This document shows positions 1 through 9,175 of a stretch of 64,000 nucleotides of DNA, one piece after another. Source of the stretch: a virus; the IMG/VR virus record IMGVR_UViG_3300032294_001228, positions 54,685 through 118,684 of that record, one strand, 5' to 3'. Position 1 is the first letter of the stretch. The number at the start of each line of letters is the position of its first letter. The notes beneath the pieces are model-generated. The model was not told where the DNA came from, ran no database searches, and saw nothing but the letters and a program-made list of their open reading frames with translations. Position numbers and translations under genes: made by a program.

Positions 1-2277
1 TTAAACTCGCAATCTGGTTGGATCACTGGGTTTTTACCTACTCAGGTCGCTTACCAACTTTCATATGATTTTGAAGTAATTGTTTATAAGCGTGATTATC
101 CTACCTATCAAACAAGTCAGTTATTTTCTATCACAGTTTTAGGCGACCTGTATAATACAATTGAGTGGGTAACACCTAGTTTTCTTGGTGAGATACAAAA
201 TGGCTCAGTCAGTGATCTAAGTGTTTTAGCTATTAATCCCCAAGGTAGGCAAATTTATTATTACTACACCCCTGGCTCCTATCTAAATCAGGTTCAGGGA
301 TTAAGACTAGAACCAGACGGACTACTTAGTGGTCGAGCAAGTTTCCAGTTGTTTAAACTAGATGGGGGCACAACAATATTTGACGGTGACTTTTTTACAG
401 GTGAACCTACTACTACGTTCGATCATACATTTGAATTTTCAATTACCGCCCAGACATTTGATCAAACTACTAGTTCAAATAGAATTTTCAGAGTATTAGT
501 ACGTGAAAGAAATTCAAGACCATATGAAAACTTATATCTAAAAGCCATTTTAAATAAGTATCAACGATTAGAATTCAGAGATGTTATTCAAAATCAAAGT
601 GTGTTTCCATCCGATTTAATCTACAGATCAACTGATCCTTGGTTTGGCGTGGCCAGAGATTTAAGAATGTTATTTTTACCAGGATTAAATCCTAGTACGT
701 TAGGCGAATATGCTGCCGCCATTGAAACAAATCATTTTAGAAAAAGACTATTGTTTAGTGAAGTTAAAACAGCAGTAGCACGTCGTGATGGCGTATACGA
801 TGTAATAGAAACAGCGACTGGGGATGTAATAGGTACTTATAACATTTACAACACGGTTTTCATTCCTACTGATTTTAGTAGAGGATACACAGTGGCCAAC
901 GTTATCCCTAGCGATACATCTATAGGTGATCAAACTATTAAATATGAAGTGGTTTATGCAGAAATAAAAGACGAAAACACCAACAGTTTAGGTCAAGGTC
1001 CAGCCGATGTAATAGATCTAAACGGAGTCATACGAAATCCATATCTGGTAGGAGGTAATTCTTATGTAATTGCAACTCCCAATGCATTTACTAATATGGA
1101 CAATGCTGTGGTTAATAACATTGGTTATCAGGATAAAGGTGTATTACCTGATTGGATGACTAGTATCCAACCAAATGGCACACAACTAGGATTTGTACGT
1201 GCAGCTGTGTTGGCTTATGTTCAGCCTGGAGCAGGAAAGACTGTAGCTTGGAGATTTAATGAATTAGGATATAACCTAAACGAGATTAATTTTACGGTTG
1301 ATCGTTATTATCTTGACAATGTTTACACTAGTAATTTCGACATCTCTGCAAATACATTCATCAGCAGTAGAGAAACCACATTTGATAGATATCCTGCCTT
1401 ACCAACTTCCTTTAATAATATTGCCAGTGTTGACTATGCTGTTGATATTCCGTTCCAAGAAATCAATGAGCGTACTGTTGGGCAAATAGGTCTCAATGGC
1501 GGATTAGATGGTATTACTTCCTTCCGTAACGGTGAACGGTTAATTTTCTTTAGTCAAGAATTCCAGACTGCTGTCGATATCAGTGACAACTATAATCAAG
1601 GTTGGACCTATAGTATAGATCCTTGGGACGATCCTGGAACATGGGACTTTGATTTTGCATGGGATCCAGCAACTTATGTACCTGGCTATAGAGAATGGTT
1701 GGCTAGTAGACAATTTATCGACAGCAACGAGTTATTTTCAGTACCTAATCAACGTATAGCTATATGGCAAATTAATATAGATGGAAATAATTATGTTAGA
1801 TTGACATTGGCCAATGTGACTACTACAGTTTCTTCAATATCTGCTAATACCACTGGTTTTGGTAGTAATGTAAGATTGTCTAGCACAGAAAATTTATTTG
1901 TAGGCATGCCAGCCAGAGCCAATGGTCTAGCAAATACCACAGTTATCACCGACATAGTAGGCGCAAACGTTGTACTGTATCCGGCACCATCTGGAGGTAT
2001 TAGTAGTACAATAACATTTATACCAACACCAAATTACAATGATGTTGTATACGTAAGAAACGGAACTTCGCACGGTGGAGTTAACGTTTACTACAACCCA
2101 ATTATTCCTTCAGGAAATATTGTTCCTGGTTGGAGCGAAATTCCGCAAGAAATCAAAACAGTTGGTACTACGTTTGATGGTGACGGAACTAAATTCTACG
2201 ACTATAGAGACAACTATGTAATACCTCAACAAGGTGAAAAACAGGTTGTGTTTCCTCGTCAGAATGTTTTTATATAA
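1..2277 (+). CDS. Large virion structural protein (baseplate/tail-associated), 5'-truncated by the window
   Basis: Frame is open from base 1 to TAA 2277, longer than the ORF track start at 349. T/N/G/D-rich with TTFD motifs and LPDWMTSIQ, typical of large-myovirus baseplate proteins. Confidence 0.6.
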   Translation, partial: LNSQSGWITGFLPTQVAYQLSYDFEVIVYKRDYPTYQTSQLFSITVLGDLYNTIEWVTPSFLGEIQNGSVSDLSVLAINPQGRQIYYYYTPGSYLNQVQGLRLEPDGLLSGRASFQLFKLDGGTTIFDGDFFTGEPTTTFDHTFEFSITAQTFDQTTSSNRIFRVLVRERNSRPYENLYLKAILNKYQRLEFRDVIQNQSVFPSDLIYRSTDPWFGVARDLRMLFLPGLNPSTLGEYAAAIETNHFRKRLLFSEVKTAVARRDGVYDVIETATGDVIGTYNIYNTVFIPTDFSRGYTVANVIPSDTSIGDQTIKYEVVYAEIKDENTNSLGQGPADVIDLNGVIRNPYLVGGNSYVIATPNAFTNMDNAVVNNIGYQDKGVLPDWMTSIQPNGTQLGFVRAAVLAYVQPGAGKTVAWRFNELGYNLNEINFTVDRYYLDNVYTSNFDISANTFISSRETTFDRYPALPTSFNNIASVDYAVDIPFQEINERTVGQIGLNGGLDGITSFRNGERLIFFSQEFQTAVDISDNYNQGWTYSIDPWDDPGTWDFDFAWDPATYVPGYREWLASRQFIDSNELFSVPNQRIAIWQINIDGNNYVRLTLANVTTTVSSISANTTGFGSNVRLSSTENLFVGMPARANGLANTTVITDIVGANVVLYPAPSGGISSTITFIPTPNYNDVVYVRNGTSHGGVNVYYNPIIPSGNIVPGWSEIPQEIKTVGTTFDGDGTKFYDYRDNYVIPQQGEKQVVFPRQNVFI

Positions 2278-2286
2278 AATTTTAGT

Positions 2287-2294
2287 TATAAATA
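2287..2294 (+). promoter_or_regulatory. T4-type late promoter
   Basis: Exact TATAAATA upstream of the 2338 gene; a second ATAAATA follows near 2308. Confidence 0.7.
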
Positions 2295-2337
2295 CACTTG
2301 TACTAGATAAATAACTACATATTTGAGAGACTTATAA

Positions 2338-3234
2338 ATGAGTAATATTAACCCACAAAACATTGATGGAAGTTTTCCTATAGCAGGCCAAGATAATAAC
2401 AGCCAGGGTTTTAGAGATAACTTTACCAACACAATTAATAATTTTACCTTTGCTGCCGCTGAGTTAACTGATCTTCAGACTTATGCGGTGTTAAAAGGAC
2501 CATTAGGTTCTGTTGGGCAAACTGGTACTCCTATCAATGACATGAATTATGCTTTTATTACAGCACCACAGTTAGTAGAAGCAGTTGAAACTATTAACCA
2601 AATTGGTAATGTTTCAGTAGGCGGTAGCCAGACCATAGATTGGACAGACGGGCATTTCCAAACACTCAGCGTTACAGGATCTGCCACACTAAGTTTTGCT
2701 AGTACTTGGCCACCAACTAATCATTGGACTAAATTAAGATTACGTATACTTTCATACGGTAGTACTGCACTTACTTTTCCAGCAACAGTTACAGAAAATA
2801 TCGCAAGTATTAATGGATTTGTCAGCGGCACAACTGTTAATTTAAGCGCAGGTATACATGAATACGAATTAACTACCTACAACAACGGTAGTATCGTGGC
2901 TATTCATGATTTGATGTCTAATCTAGGTCCGGTTTTACAACAATTAAGACCAACAGCTAACGTAGCTATTACAGCTAATATCGGAACAGATCGATTATTG
3001 ATTACTCCGACACCAAGTGGTGGTATTACTAGTTTCTTCCTTGATGTAACATTACCAAATGTTCAAACAAATGGCGCAACGATTTCTATTTCATCAAACG
3101 TAGCCGTTGGAACATTTAGAGCGTTGCCAAGTTACACCAGCAGTGTTTCACCTAGTGCTAATACAACTATTGCCGCTGGATCATCAGTTAGTTACGTTTA
3201 CGTATCAGCTGACAACAGATGGTATAGAGTATAA
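2338..3234 (+). CDS. Putative virion structural (baseplate/fibre) protein
   Basis: N-terminal 'FPIAGQDNNSQGFRDNF' motif; T/S/N-rich beta-type composition; late promoter upstream. Confidence 0.55.
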   Translation: MSNINPQNIDGSFPIAGQDNNSQGFRDNFTNTINNFTFAAAELTDLQTYAVLKGPLGSVGQTGTPINDMNYAFITAPQLVEAVETINQIGNVSVGGSQTIDWTDGHFQTLSVTGSATLSFASTWPPTNHWTKLRLRILSYGSTALTFPATVTENIASINGFVSGTTVNLSAGIHEYELTTYNNGSIVAIHDLMSNLGPVLQQLRPTANVAITANIGTDRLLITPTPSGGITSFFLDVTLPNVQTNGATISISSNVAVGTFRALPSYTSSVSPSANTTIAAGSSVSYVYVSADNRWYRV

Positions 3235-3259
3235 TTAGGTTAATCTTTAACCAAAATCA

Positions 3260-3288
3260 TTGACTCCTTATATAAACTAGCGTATAGT
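3260..3288 (+). promoter_or_regulatory. sigma70-type promoter
   Basis: TTGACT-17 nt-TATAGT. Confidence 0.65.
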
Positions 3289-3312
3289 TAGTTATATAAG
3301 GAGTTTTCTTTT
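3263..3312 (+). terminator. Hairpin/terminator overlapping the promoter and mazG RBS
   Basis: Perfect 13-bp inverted repeat ACTCCTTATATAA (3263-3275) / TTATATAAGGAGT (3292-3304), followed by TTTCTTTT. Confidence 0.6.
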
Positions 3313-3747
3313 ATGCAAATCGATTTAAACAAATATCAAGAATTTGTCAAGATAGTAACCAGCGAGCCTAGTAACGATCTAACTACATTCATGAACCGGT
3401 GTGATGAACTGGATGCCAATTATGATGGTAGTACACAAACACATGGCCCGGATATCAACGTACCATTACTATTAACAGCCTGTTTAGGCTTAGCTGCCGA
3501 ATCGGGCGAATTTTGCGAAATTCCAAAGAAAATGTTTTTCCAAAGTAAACCACTTAACGAAGAAAACGTGTTTCACATGAAACGTGAGTTAGGTGATATC
3601 ATGTGGTATTGGGTTAATGCTTGTCGTGCGCTAAATCTAGATCCTAATGATGTTATCGCTGAAAATGTCAACAAACTCAAAGCCAGATATCCGGGCGGTG
3701 AATTTGATGCTTATTATAGCGAAAATAGAAAAGCAGGAGACTTATAA
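3313..3747 (+). CDS. MazG-like NTP pyrophosphohydrolase
   Basis: GLAAESGEFCE...RELGDIMWY...NVNKLKARYP all-alpha NTP-PPase motifs. Confidence 0.85.
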   Translation: MQIDLNKYQEFVKIVTSEPSNDLTTFMNRCDELDANYDGSTQTHGPDINVPLLLTACLGLAAESGEFCEIPKKMFFQSKPLNEENVFHMKRELGDIMWYWVNACRALNLDPNDVIAENVNKLKARYPGGEFDAYYSENRKAGDL

Positions 3748-3998
3748 TGCACCCATTGGCTCCAGATCTTGTGGGATTAAGCGATGAAGAATTGCATAAA
3801 AAACGCAGTGAGCTACAGGGTCGATTGAATTATGCTTATCGTATTGGTAGTACAGATATGGTAAATCAGTTACAATTATTGTTACAAGATTATGCCATAG
3901 AAGTAGAGAGACGAAACCAAAAAATGCTAGATGATGCACAAAAGGCTGGTAGGATAAGTAAACCTGGTGATGATACAGCCAAGGATATTACTAGTTGA
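3747..3998 (+). CDS. Hypothetical protein
   Basis: 83-aa ORF translationally coupled to both neighbours. Confidence 0.7.
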   Translation: MHPLAPDLVGLSDEELHKKRSELQGRLNYAYRIGSTDMVNQLQLLLQDYAIEVERRNQKMLDDAQKAGRISKPGDDTAKDITS

Positions 3999-4507
3999 AA
4001 TACGATCAATACGGACAGGCCTATACAGATAGTAACGAATTGTGTAACTTACTGTATAAAAACCCTACGCTAGATATCAGCAGATTCCAAGTTGAAGACA
4101 GCCTAGAATATAATCGCAGTGTAGCAGAACTACATGCTGAATTGGACCTATTAGACAGTTATCACGAAATTACCCAAACAGTAGAAGAATTTGATAATAC
4201 ACTACAAAAAAACTGGCACATGCCCAAAGAATATAAGGATTTAGACATCGCTGCGTATGTATTAGGATTATGTCGAGAAGAACACGAATTACAACGTGTA
4301 GGTCAAGAATTATTGCTGTATCAGGAACGTGATCTATTTGATCTATTACGTTATTTGAAATATTTGGTAGATACATTACGTAAGAATAACGTAGTTTGGG
4401 GTGTGGGTCGTGGTAGTAGTGTAGCTAGTTATGTGCTGTTCTTATTGGGCGTACATAAGATCGACAGTCTATACTATAATTTAGACATCACCGAATTCTT
4501 GAAATAA
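3995..4507 (+). CDS. DNA polymerase III alpha (DnaE)-like fragment
   Basis: RVGQELLLY...YLVDTLRKNNVVWGVGRGSSVASYVLFLLGVHKID matches the DnaE 'GRGSAAGSLVAY.LGIT.ID' motif; only 170 aa. Confidence 0.75.
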   Translation: MKYDQYGQAYTDSNELCNLLYKNPTLDISRFQVEDSLEYNRSVAELHAELDLLDSYHEITQTVEEFDNTLQKNWHMPKEYKDLDIAAYVLGLCREEHELQRVGQELLLYQERDLFDLLRYLKYLVDTLRKNNVVWGVGRGSSVASYVLFLLGVHKIDSLYYNLDITEFLK

Positions 4508-4533
4508 ATACGCATATAATAGGAGAAACACAA

Positions 4534-4977
4534 ATGGCAGCACAACATAGATCAGCCCGCGGCATACCAGTAGATATGGATAGATTACGTTTAGCTAACG
4601 AAACTTCTATTGCTGTGGGAAATATGAAAGTAAACGCTCGAGGTGATCAACTAGGACCCGGTGGCAAGATTGTTAAAACACGTGCCCAAATACTAGCAGA
4701 AAAAAATAAATTGTATGGTTCTTTAGCAGACGACACTCCTGTGCTTGAAAGCATACCGGAAGAGCAGGCACTTCCAGATTTTACTATTCCCTCTAACAAT
4801 ATTGTGCAACAACCTGCACAGGATACACCTGTGGCAGAAACAGCTGGGTCACCTGTAAAACCCAGAGGAAGTTTTGCTGAAAGTTTGGCCAAGGAAACGG
4901 TAGTTGAACAAGAATTGTTAAATCCAAAAGAAGTTTTAAATACTCCTGCAAATCAACCAGGTATTAAAAGAATCTAA
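4534..4977 (+). CDS. Hypothetical late protein
   Basis: ATAAATA and AGGAG upstream; conserved-looking N-terminus (AVGNMKVNARGDQLGPGG). Confidence 0.7.
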   Translation: MAAQHRSARGIPVDMDRLRLANETSIAVGNMKVNARGDQLGPGGKIVKTRAQILAEKNKLYGSLADDTPVLESIPEEQALPDFTIPSNNIVQQPAQDTPVAETAGSPVKPRGSFAESLAKETVVEQELLNPKEVLNTPANQPGIKRI

Positions 4978-4986
4978 GAGGTCACT

Positions 4987-5343
4987 ATGTCATCAGCATA
5001 TGAAGCTAAACAAATTAAATCTATCAGACCATTACATGATCATGTGTTAATAACAGACATGAATTTTAAAGAGCGTGTGACATCAACTGGTATTATTATT
5101 CGAAGCACAGATGGTAAATTAGAAGGTATACATGCCCGTTGGGGCCGCGTTTATGCTGTGGGCAAGGATCAAAAAGATGTGCGTCCAGGGCAGTACATAT
5201 TAGTTAAACATGGTCGCTGGACTCGCGGTACGCTAATCGAAGATCAAGAAGGTGAGAAGACTATTCGCCGTATTGATGACGCTGATATTCTTCTAGTCAG
5301 CGACGAGCCCATGCAGGACGAAACTATCGGTCAAGGTCTATAA
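4987..5343 (+). CDS. groES: GroES-like co-chaperonin (gp31-like)
   Basis: IRPLHDHVLI...TSTGIII...GRVYAVG...VRPGQ...DADIL Cpn10 pattern. Confidence 0.8.
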   Translation: MSSAYEAKQIKSIRPLHDHVLITDMNFKERVTSTGIIIRSTDGKLEGIHARWGRVYAVGKDQKDVRPGQYILVKHGRWTRGTLIEDQEGEKTIRRIDDADILLVSDEPMQDETIGQGL

Positions 5344-5574
5344 TTGGAAGAAGAAGTAAAATACGTTCCCCACGAAGTAGTAAGCGCAATCAGAGAACTA
5401 GCACGAAATGCCAGCAGTCCATATTCTGATGGCTTTAGTGCCTGTGCTTATAAACACGATCTCTATATATTAAAATGTTTTATAGAAGACATGTATAAAA
5501 GCTGCCCAGATTTTCCTCAACAGGAACGAGAATGGGAACAGGCAAGACTAATGGAGATATTGAAAAGAAAATGA
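5344..5574 (+). CDS. Hypothetical protein
   Basis: 76-aa ORF filling the operon gap. Confidence 0.6.
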   Translation: MEEEVKYVPHEVVSAIRELARNASSPYSDGFSACAYKHDLYILKCFIEDMYKSCPDFPQQEREWEQARLMEILKRK

Positions 5575-5648
5575 AGATATTGGCCTTGATTGTTCTTATA
5601 ATCTTTGTTATAATAGTGTTATTAAATATTGGCAAGGATAGAAAATGA
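5571..5648 (+). CDS. 25-aa single-TM micropeptide (not in ORF track)
   Basis: MKILALIVLIIFVIIVLLNIGKDRK*; ATGA overlaps with both flanking genes. Confidence 0.45.
   Translation: MKILALIVLIIFVIIVLLNIGKDRK
5586..5614 (+). promoter_or_regulatory. sigma70-type promoter for the clamp loader
   Basis: TTGATT-17 nt-TATAAT with an extended -10 TG. Confidence 0.65.
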
Positions 5649-6568
5649 AACAACTTTGGGTAGAACAGTATCGTCCAAAAACCTTAGATGGGTATGTATT
5701 CCAAGATGATAGTATGCGTGAACAAGTGCAAAGCTGGATTCGTGCAGGCACTATTCCGCATTTACTATTACATGGTGGTCCTGGCACAGGTAAAACAACC
5801 TTAGCAAAGATGCTGATTAACGAATTAGGCGTTGACGAATACGACGTACTATTTGCTAACGGAAGTAAAGAAGCACGTAAGATTGAGTGGGTTGATAAGT
5901 TAATTAGTTTCTGTCAGACAATGCCATTTGGTCAATTTAAAATTGTGCTAATTGACGAAGCAGACTATATGAATGCTGTAAGTGTTCAACCAGCACTGCG
6001 TAATCTGATGGAAGAATACAGCGATACAGTTCGTTTTATCCTTACCTGTAACTATCCAAATAAAATCTTACCGCCAATACACAGTCGGTGTCAAAGTATT
6101 CATGTCAACAAAGCAGATCATACAGAGTTCACAGCACGTGTAGCAACTGTGTTGGTAGCAGAAGGTGTTGAGTTTGATCTAGATACACTAGACAACTATG
6201 TACGTGCTACCTATCCAGATCTGCGCAAGTGTTTAAATCTTACGCAACAAAACTCAACAGAAGGCAAGTTACGTAGTCCTAAAGAAGGTGACAAAGCAGT
6301 GGGTGATTGGAAACTTGACTGTGTAGCACTGTTCAAATCAGGTAAGATTCGTGAAGCACGTAAACTTCTATGTGAACAAGCTGAAGCAGAAGAAATGGAT
6401 GGTGTGTTTCGCTGGATGTATGATAACTTAGATCTTTGGAGTAAAACAACAGAAGGACAAGACGAAGCTGTTGTTATTATACGCAAAGGTCTAGTTAATC
6501 ACAGCATGGTTGCTGATGCTGAAATTAATCTAAGTGCTACACTAGTGGAGTTAAGTCAAATTGGCTAA
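5645..6568 (+). CDS. Clamp loader AAA+ subunit (gp44/RFC-like)
   Basis: LWVEQYRPKTL, Walker A GGPGTGKT, Walker B LIDEAD, SRC motif. Confidence 0.92.
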   Translation: MKQLWVEQYRPKTLDGYVFQDDSMREQVQSWIRAGTIPHLLLHGGPGTGKTTLAKMLINELGVDEYDVLFANGSKEARKIEWVDKLISFCQTMPFGQFKIVLIDEADYMNAVSVQPALRNLMEEYSDTVRFILTCNYPNKILPPIHSRCQSIHVNKADHTEFTARVATVLVAEGVEFDLDTLDNYVRATYPDLRKCLNLTQQNSTEGKLRSPKEGDKAVGDWKLDCVALFKSGKIREARKLLCEQAEAEEMDGVFRWMYDNLDLWSKTTEGQDEAVVIIRKGLVNHSMVADAEINLSATLVELSQIG

Positions 6569-6878
6569 ATTAGACATTTACTTATTAGCTACCTATGTAG
6601 CCCGACCTAAAAATCCTCGTCAGACTAGCCGTGCTGGATACATCACCAATCCAGATAATATACAATACGATGAAAATTTAGAAATCGTCCGAGGTTGGCG
6701 TGATCGATACATGAAATACAGTGTAGTATTAGATCTTACTAACGAAAAAGTTGTTAAGAATAGTTTTCATAATGGTAAGACTTTTGAAGAGTTATTCACA
6801 CACTATCACGAAGGTTTTGGTGAATATATCGAACAAACGGTTAATGATTTAAATGCGTCGCTCCAGCTTAAAGGATAG
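6561..6878 (+). CDS. Hypothetical protein
   Basis: 105-aa ORF overlapping both neighbours. Confidence 0.65.
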   Translation: MAKLDIYLLATYVARPKNPRQTSRAGYITNPDNIQYDENLEIVRGWRDRYMKYSVVLDLTNEKVVKNSFHNGKTFEELFTHYHEGFGEYIEQTVNDLNASLQLKG

Positions 6879-7173
6879 TGGCTCCCGCGGGTGGTTTATA
6901 GGTGACTTTGATGGTGCCGTGCATCGCACCAAAGACTTTGAAGTAACTTATCAGAAGAATCCGCGCGGTCAAACTGCCAGTCATATCCACAAACTAGCCT
7001 ATGAGATTACCTTGGTTATCAGTGGACGCCAGATCTGCAATGGTCAGATGTTTGCCGCAGGAGACATCTGCATCTTAGAACCCGGCGATATCAGCCAAAT
7101 TGAATATCTTGAAGAAACAGAAGTTGTTACTATTAAAACCCCTAGTGTTCCTTCAGATAAGCACTACCTTTAG
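6853..7173 (+). CDS. Cupin-domain protein
   Basis: HIHKLAYEITLVISG...AGDICILEPG cupin motifs. Confidence 0.75.
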   Translation: MRRSSLKDSGSRGWFIGDFDGAVHRTKDFEVTYQKNPRGQTASHIHKLAYEITLVISGRQICNGQMFAAGDICILEPGDISQIEYLEETEVVTIKTPSVPSDKHYL

Positions 7174-7908
7174 TTAAATTTCACCATAGATCGATAGGAT
7201 CTCCCTTACCGCTGGATGTCTTGCGATATCTCTCTGATTAAATTCAACACCGGCTACATACTTACTCTGTTGGTATGCTTCAACAAGACCTTTGAAGTCT
7301 AGTAAGCCATTGTCCTTATCACAACGGTCTGCCTGACGTGTATCACCTGTTACAACAATCTTAGAACCTTCACCGAGTCGCGTTAGGAGCATCTTTATCT
7401 GTCCAGGAGTGGCATTTTGCATTTCATCTGCAACGACCCAAGCCTCCTTAAATGTGCGACCTCTCATATATGCTAGTGGAGCTATCTCAATCACTTGTTC
7501 ATCTAGCATACGGGCTACATCTCTAGGACTGTAATACTCTTGGATCACATCAAAGAGTGGTCTAGTCCATGGTTCCATTTTTGCTGTTATATTGCCTGGT
7601 AGGAAGCCGTGCTTCTCATCGTCCACTCCTACCGCTGGACGTGTTAGGATAATTTTACTCACTGTGCCTTCTTTGAAAGCCTTAACACCTGCTTGCATGG
7701 CCAACATGGTTTTACCAGTACCAGCTGGTCCTGTAGCAAATACAATGTGTTTAGTGGAATCTGTTAGTAATTCGATATATGTTTCTTGGTTTAGGCTTTT
7801 TGGAATTAGTGTTACTGTCTTTCTCTGTTGAACGTATTGGTTAAAACTAAGTGTGTTGTTTACTTCTACTGCTGCTAAGTGTCTACTGCTAGTTCTACGT
7901 TTTGACAT
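7174..7908 (-). CDS. phoH: PhoH-like ATPase
   Basis: GPAGTGKT, LTRPAV, GFLPG, YMRGRTF, DEMQN, GDTRQAD. Confidence 0.95.
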   Translation of the reverse strand: MSKRRTSSRHLAAVEVNNTLSFNQYVQQRKTVTLIPKSLNQETYIELLTDSTKHIVFATGPAGTGKTMLAMQAGVKAFKEGTVSKIILTRPAVGVDDEKHGFLPGNITAKMEPWTRPLFDVIQEYYSPRDVARMLDEQVIEIAPLAYMRGRTFKEAWVVADEMQNATPGQIKMLLTRLGEGSKIVVTGDTRQADRCDKDNGLLDFKGLVEAYQQSKYVAGVEFNQRDIARHPAVREILSIYGEI

Positions 7909-7927
7909 AATGCTCCCTGTTGATGAG

Positions 7928-7960
7928 TTTGTAGATTAAAGGCATCTACAAAGATATTTA
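7928..7960 (-). promoter_or_regulatory. Late promoter plus 5'-UTR hairpin of phoH
   Basis: TAAATA on the minus strand (about 7955-7960), then a 9-bp stem TTTGTAGAT/ATCTACAAA (7928-7952) before the GGGAG RBS. Confidence 0.5.
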
Positions 7961-8017
7961 AGGAGAGGAATTTTATTTTTTTCTGACTAGTTTAATTTTT
8001 AATCTCGTGACTAAATA

Positions 8018-8536
8018 TTAAGCTGACCTGGACCATTCAGCGTAGATCCTATTATTATCCCAACAGCAGATCATTAGCTTAAATCCAAATAGTTCTGATA
8101 GTTTTACGTGTTCTTCAATAGACCACTGATAAAAATTTATATCCTTGCATTCGTCGTTGCCATGATCTGCGATTCCAGGATTACATCGCCAATAGATGCG
8201 TGCGGTAGGTTTAAGACAATTAATCACACAGGCGATCTGATTCATGATAGTTAGCTTGTCGCCAAAATTAATACTGCCTAGGCATAGTGCAACATCAAAA
8301 CGATCGACAGTATTAAATTTTTCTATACTAACTTTATAGTCGGCAGCATCATTAGCAGGATCTATACCTACAAGATTAACTATGCGAGATTTGAATTCGT
8401 TAAACCCGCAACCAACATCTAAGACTAGTTCATTAGACTGTATTTTGTCTACTAATGCCCAGCCAGAATACTGATATCGATCTATGTCTGATTTCCACAC
8501 TGTGGAAAAATATTTGTCAAGTTCTTCTTGTTTCAT
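8018..8536 (-). CDS. Class I SAM-dependent methyltransferase
   Basis: VLDVGCG motif I, VGID, FDVALCLGSI. Confidence 0.8.
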   Translation of the reverse strand: MKQEELDKYFSTVWKSDIDRYQYSGWALVDKIQSNELVLDVGCGFNEFKSRIVNLVGIDPANDAADYKVSIEKFNTVDRFDVALCLGSINFGDKLTIMNQIACVINCLKPTARIYWRCNPGIADHGNDECKDINFYQWSIEEHVKLSELFGFKLMICCWDNNRIYAEWSRSA

Positions 8537-8565
8537 AAGTAATTATATACGTAGTTAACTTATTT

Positions 8566-9150
8566 ATGAATTTACCTAATCACATATTTTTTACTGGAGC
8601 ACCAGGTAGTCGTTGGAGCGGCATAGCGCAGACTATCGAATCTATTCCTGGGTTTAATACCAGCGACCGTAATCCCAATCGTGAATACACACACAATAAC
8701 TACAGTGGGCATCTAGGTGCTTACTTTGGCGAAGGTATGGAATGTATATTAATTACCAATGGCGATTACATAGATAGACAGTGGGCAGAGCCTGGCGGTA
8801 CCAAGCTGATTAAAAGCCATGAGTGGGCCTTCCATTTAACCGGTATACGTAAGAAAAAACAGTGGCGAGATAGCTGGGTTATGATGGTATATCGACCTGA
8901 CATGGCTTGCTACAGCTGGTGGCATGAAGCAGGTGGATTTAACATTAAATACCCCAACTATAGTGCATATAAAAACAGCAACAATATGCTGACTGAAATT
9001 GTCAAACAAAATGAGGCAATTTTGGCTTACGGAAAGATAAATAACTGCAAGTGGGAGTATTTTACTTCTTCTTGGATATCCGAGAATTTCGGTGTAGAAA
9101 TAGATGTAGCTAAGGTCTGGCCAGATATATTAGTTACATTAATTAAATAA
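8566..9150 (+). CDS. P-loop/sulfotransferase-like protein
   Basis: IFFTGAPGSRWSGI resembles a PAPS 5'-PSB loop; LIKSH; MVYRP resembles the 3'-PB motif. Confidence 0.45.
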   Translation: MNLPNHIFFTGAPGSRWSGIAQTIESIPGFNTSDRNPNREYTHNNYSGHLGAYFGEGMECILITNGDYIDRQWAEPGGTKLIKSHEWAFHLTGIRKKKQWRDSWVMMVYRPDMACYSWWHEAGGFNIKYPNYSAYKNSNNMLTEIVKQNEAILAYGKINNCKWEYFTSSWISENFGVEIDVAKVWPDILVTLIK

Positions 9151-9175
9151 ATAACTTTATATAAAGGAAATTAAC

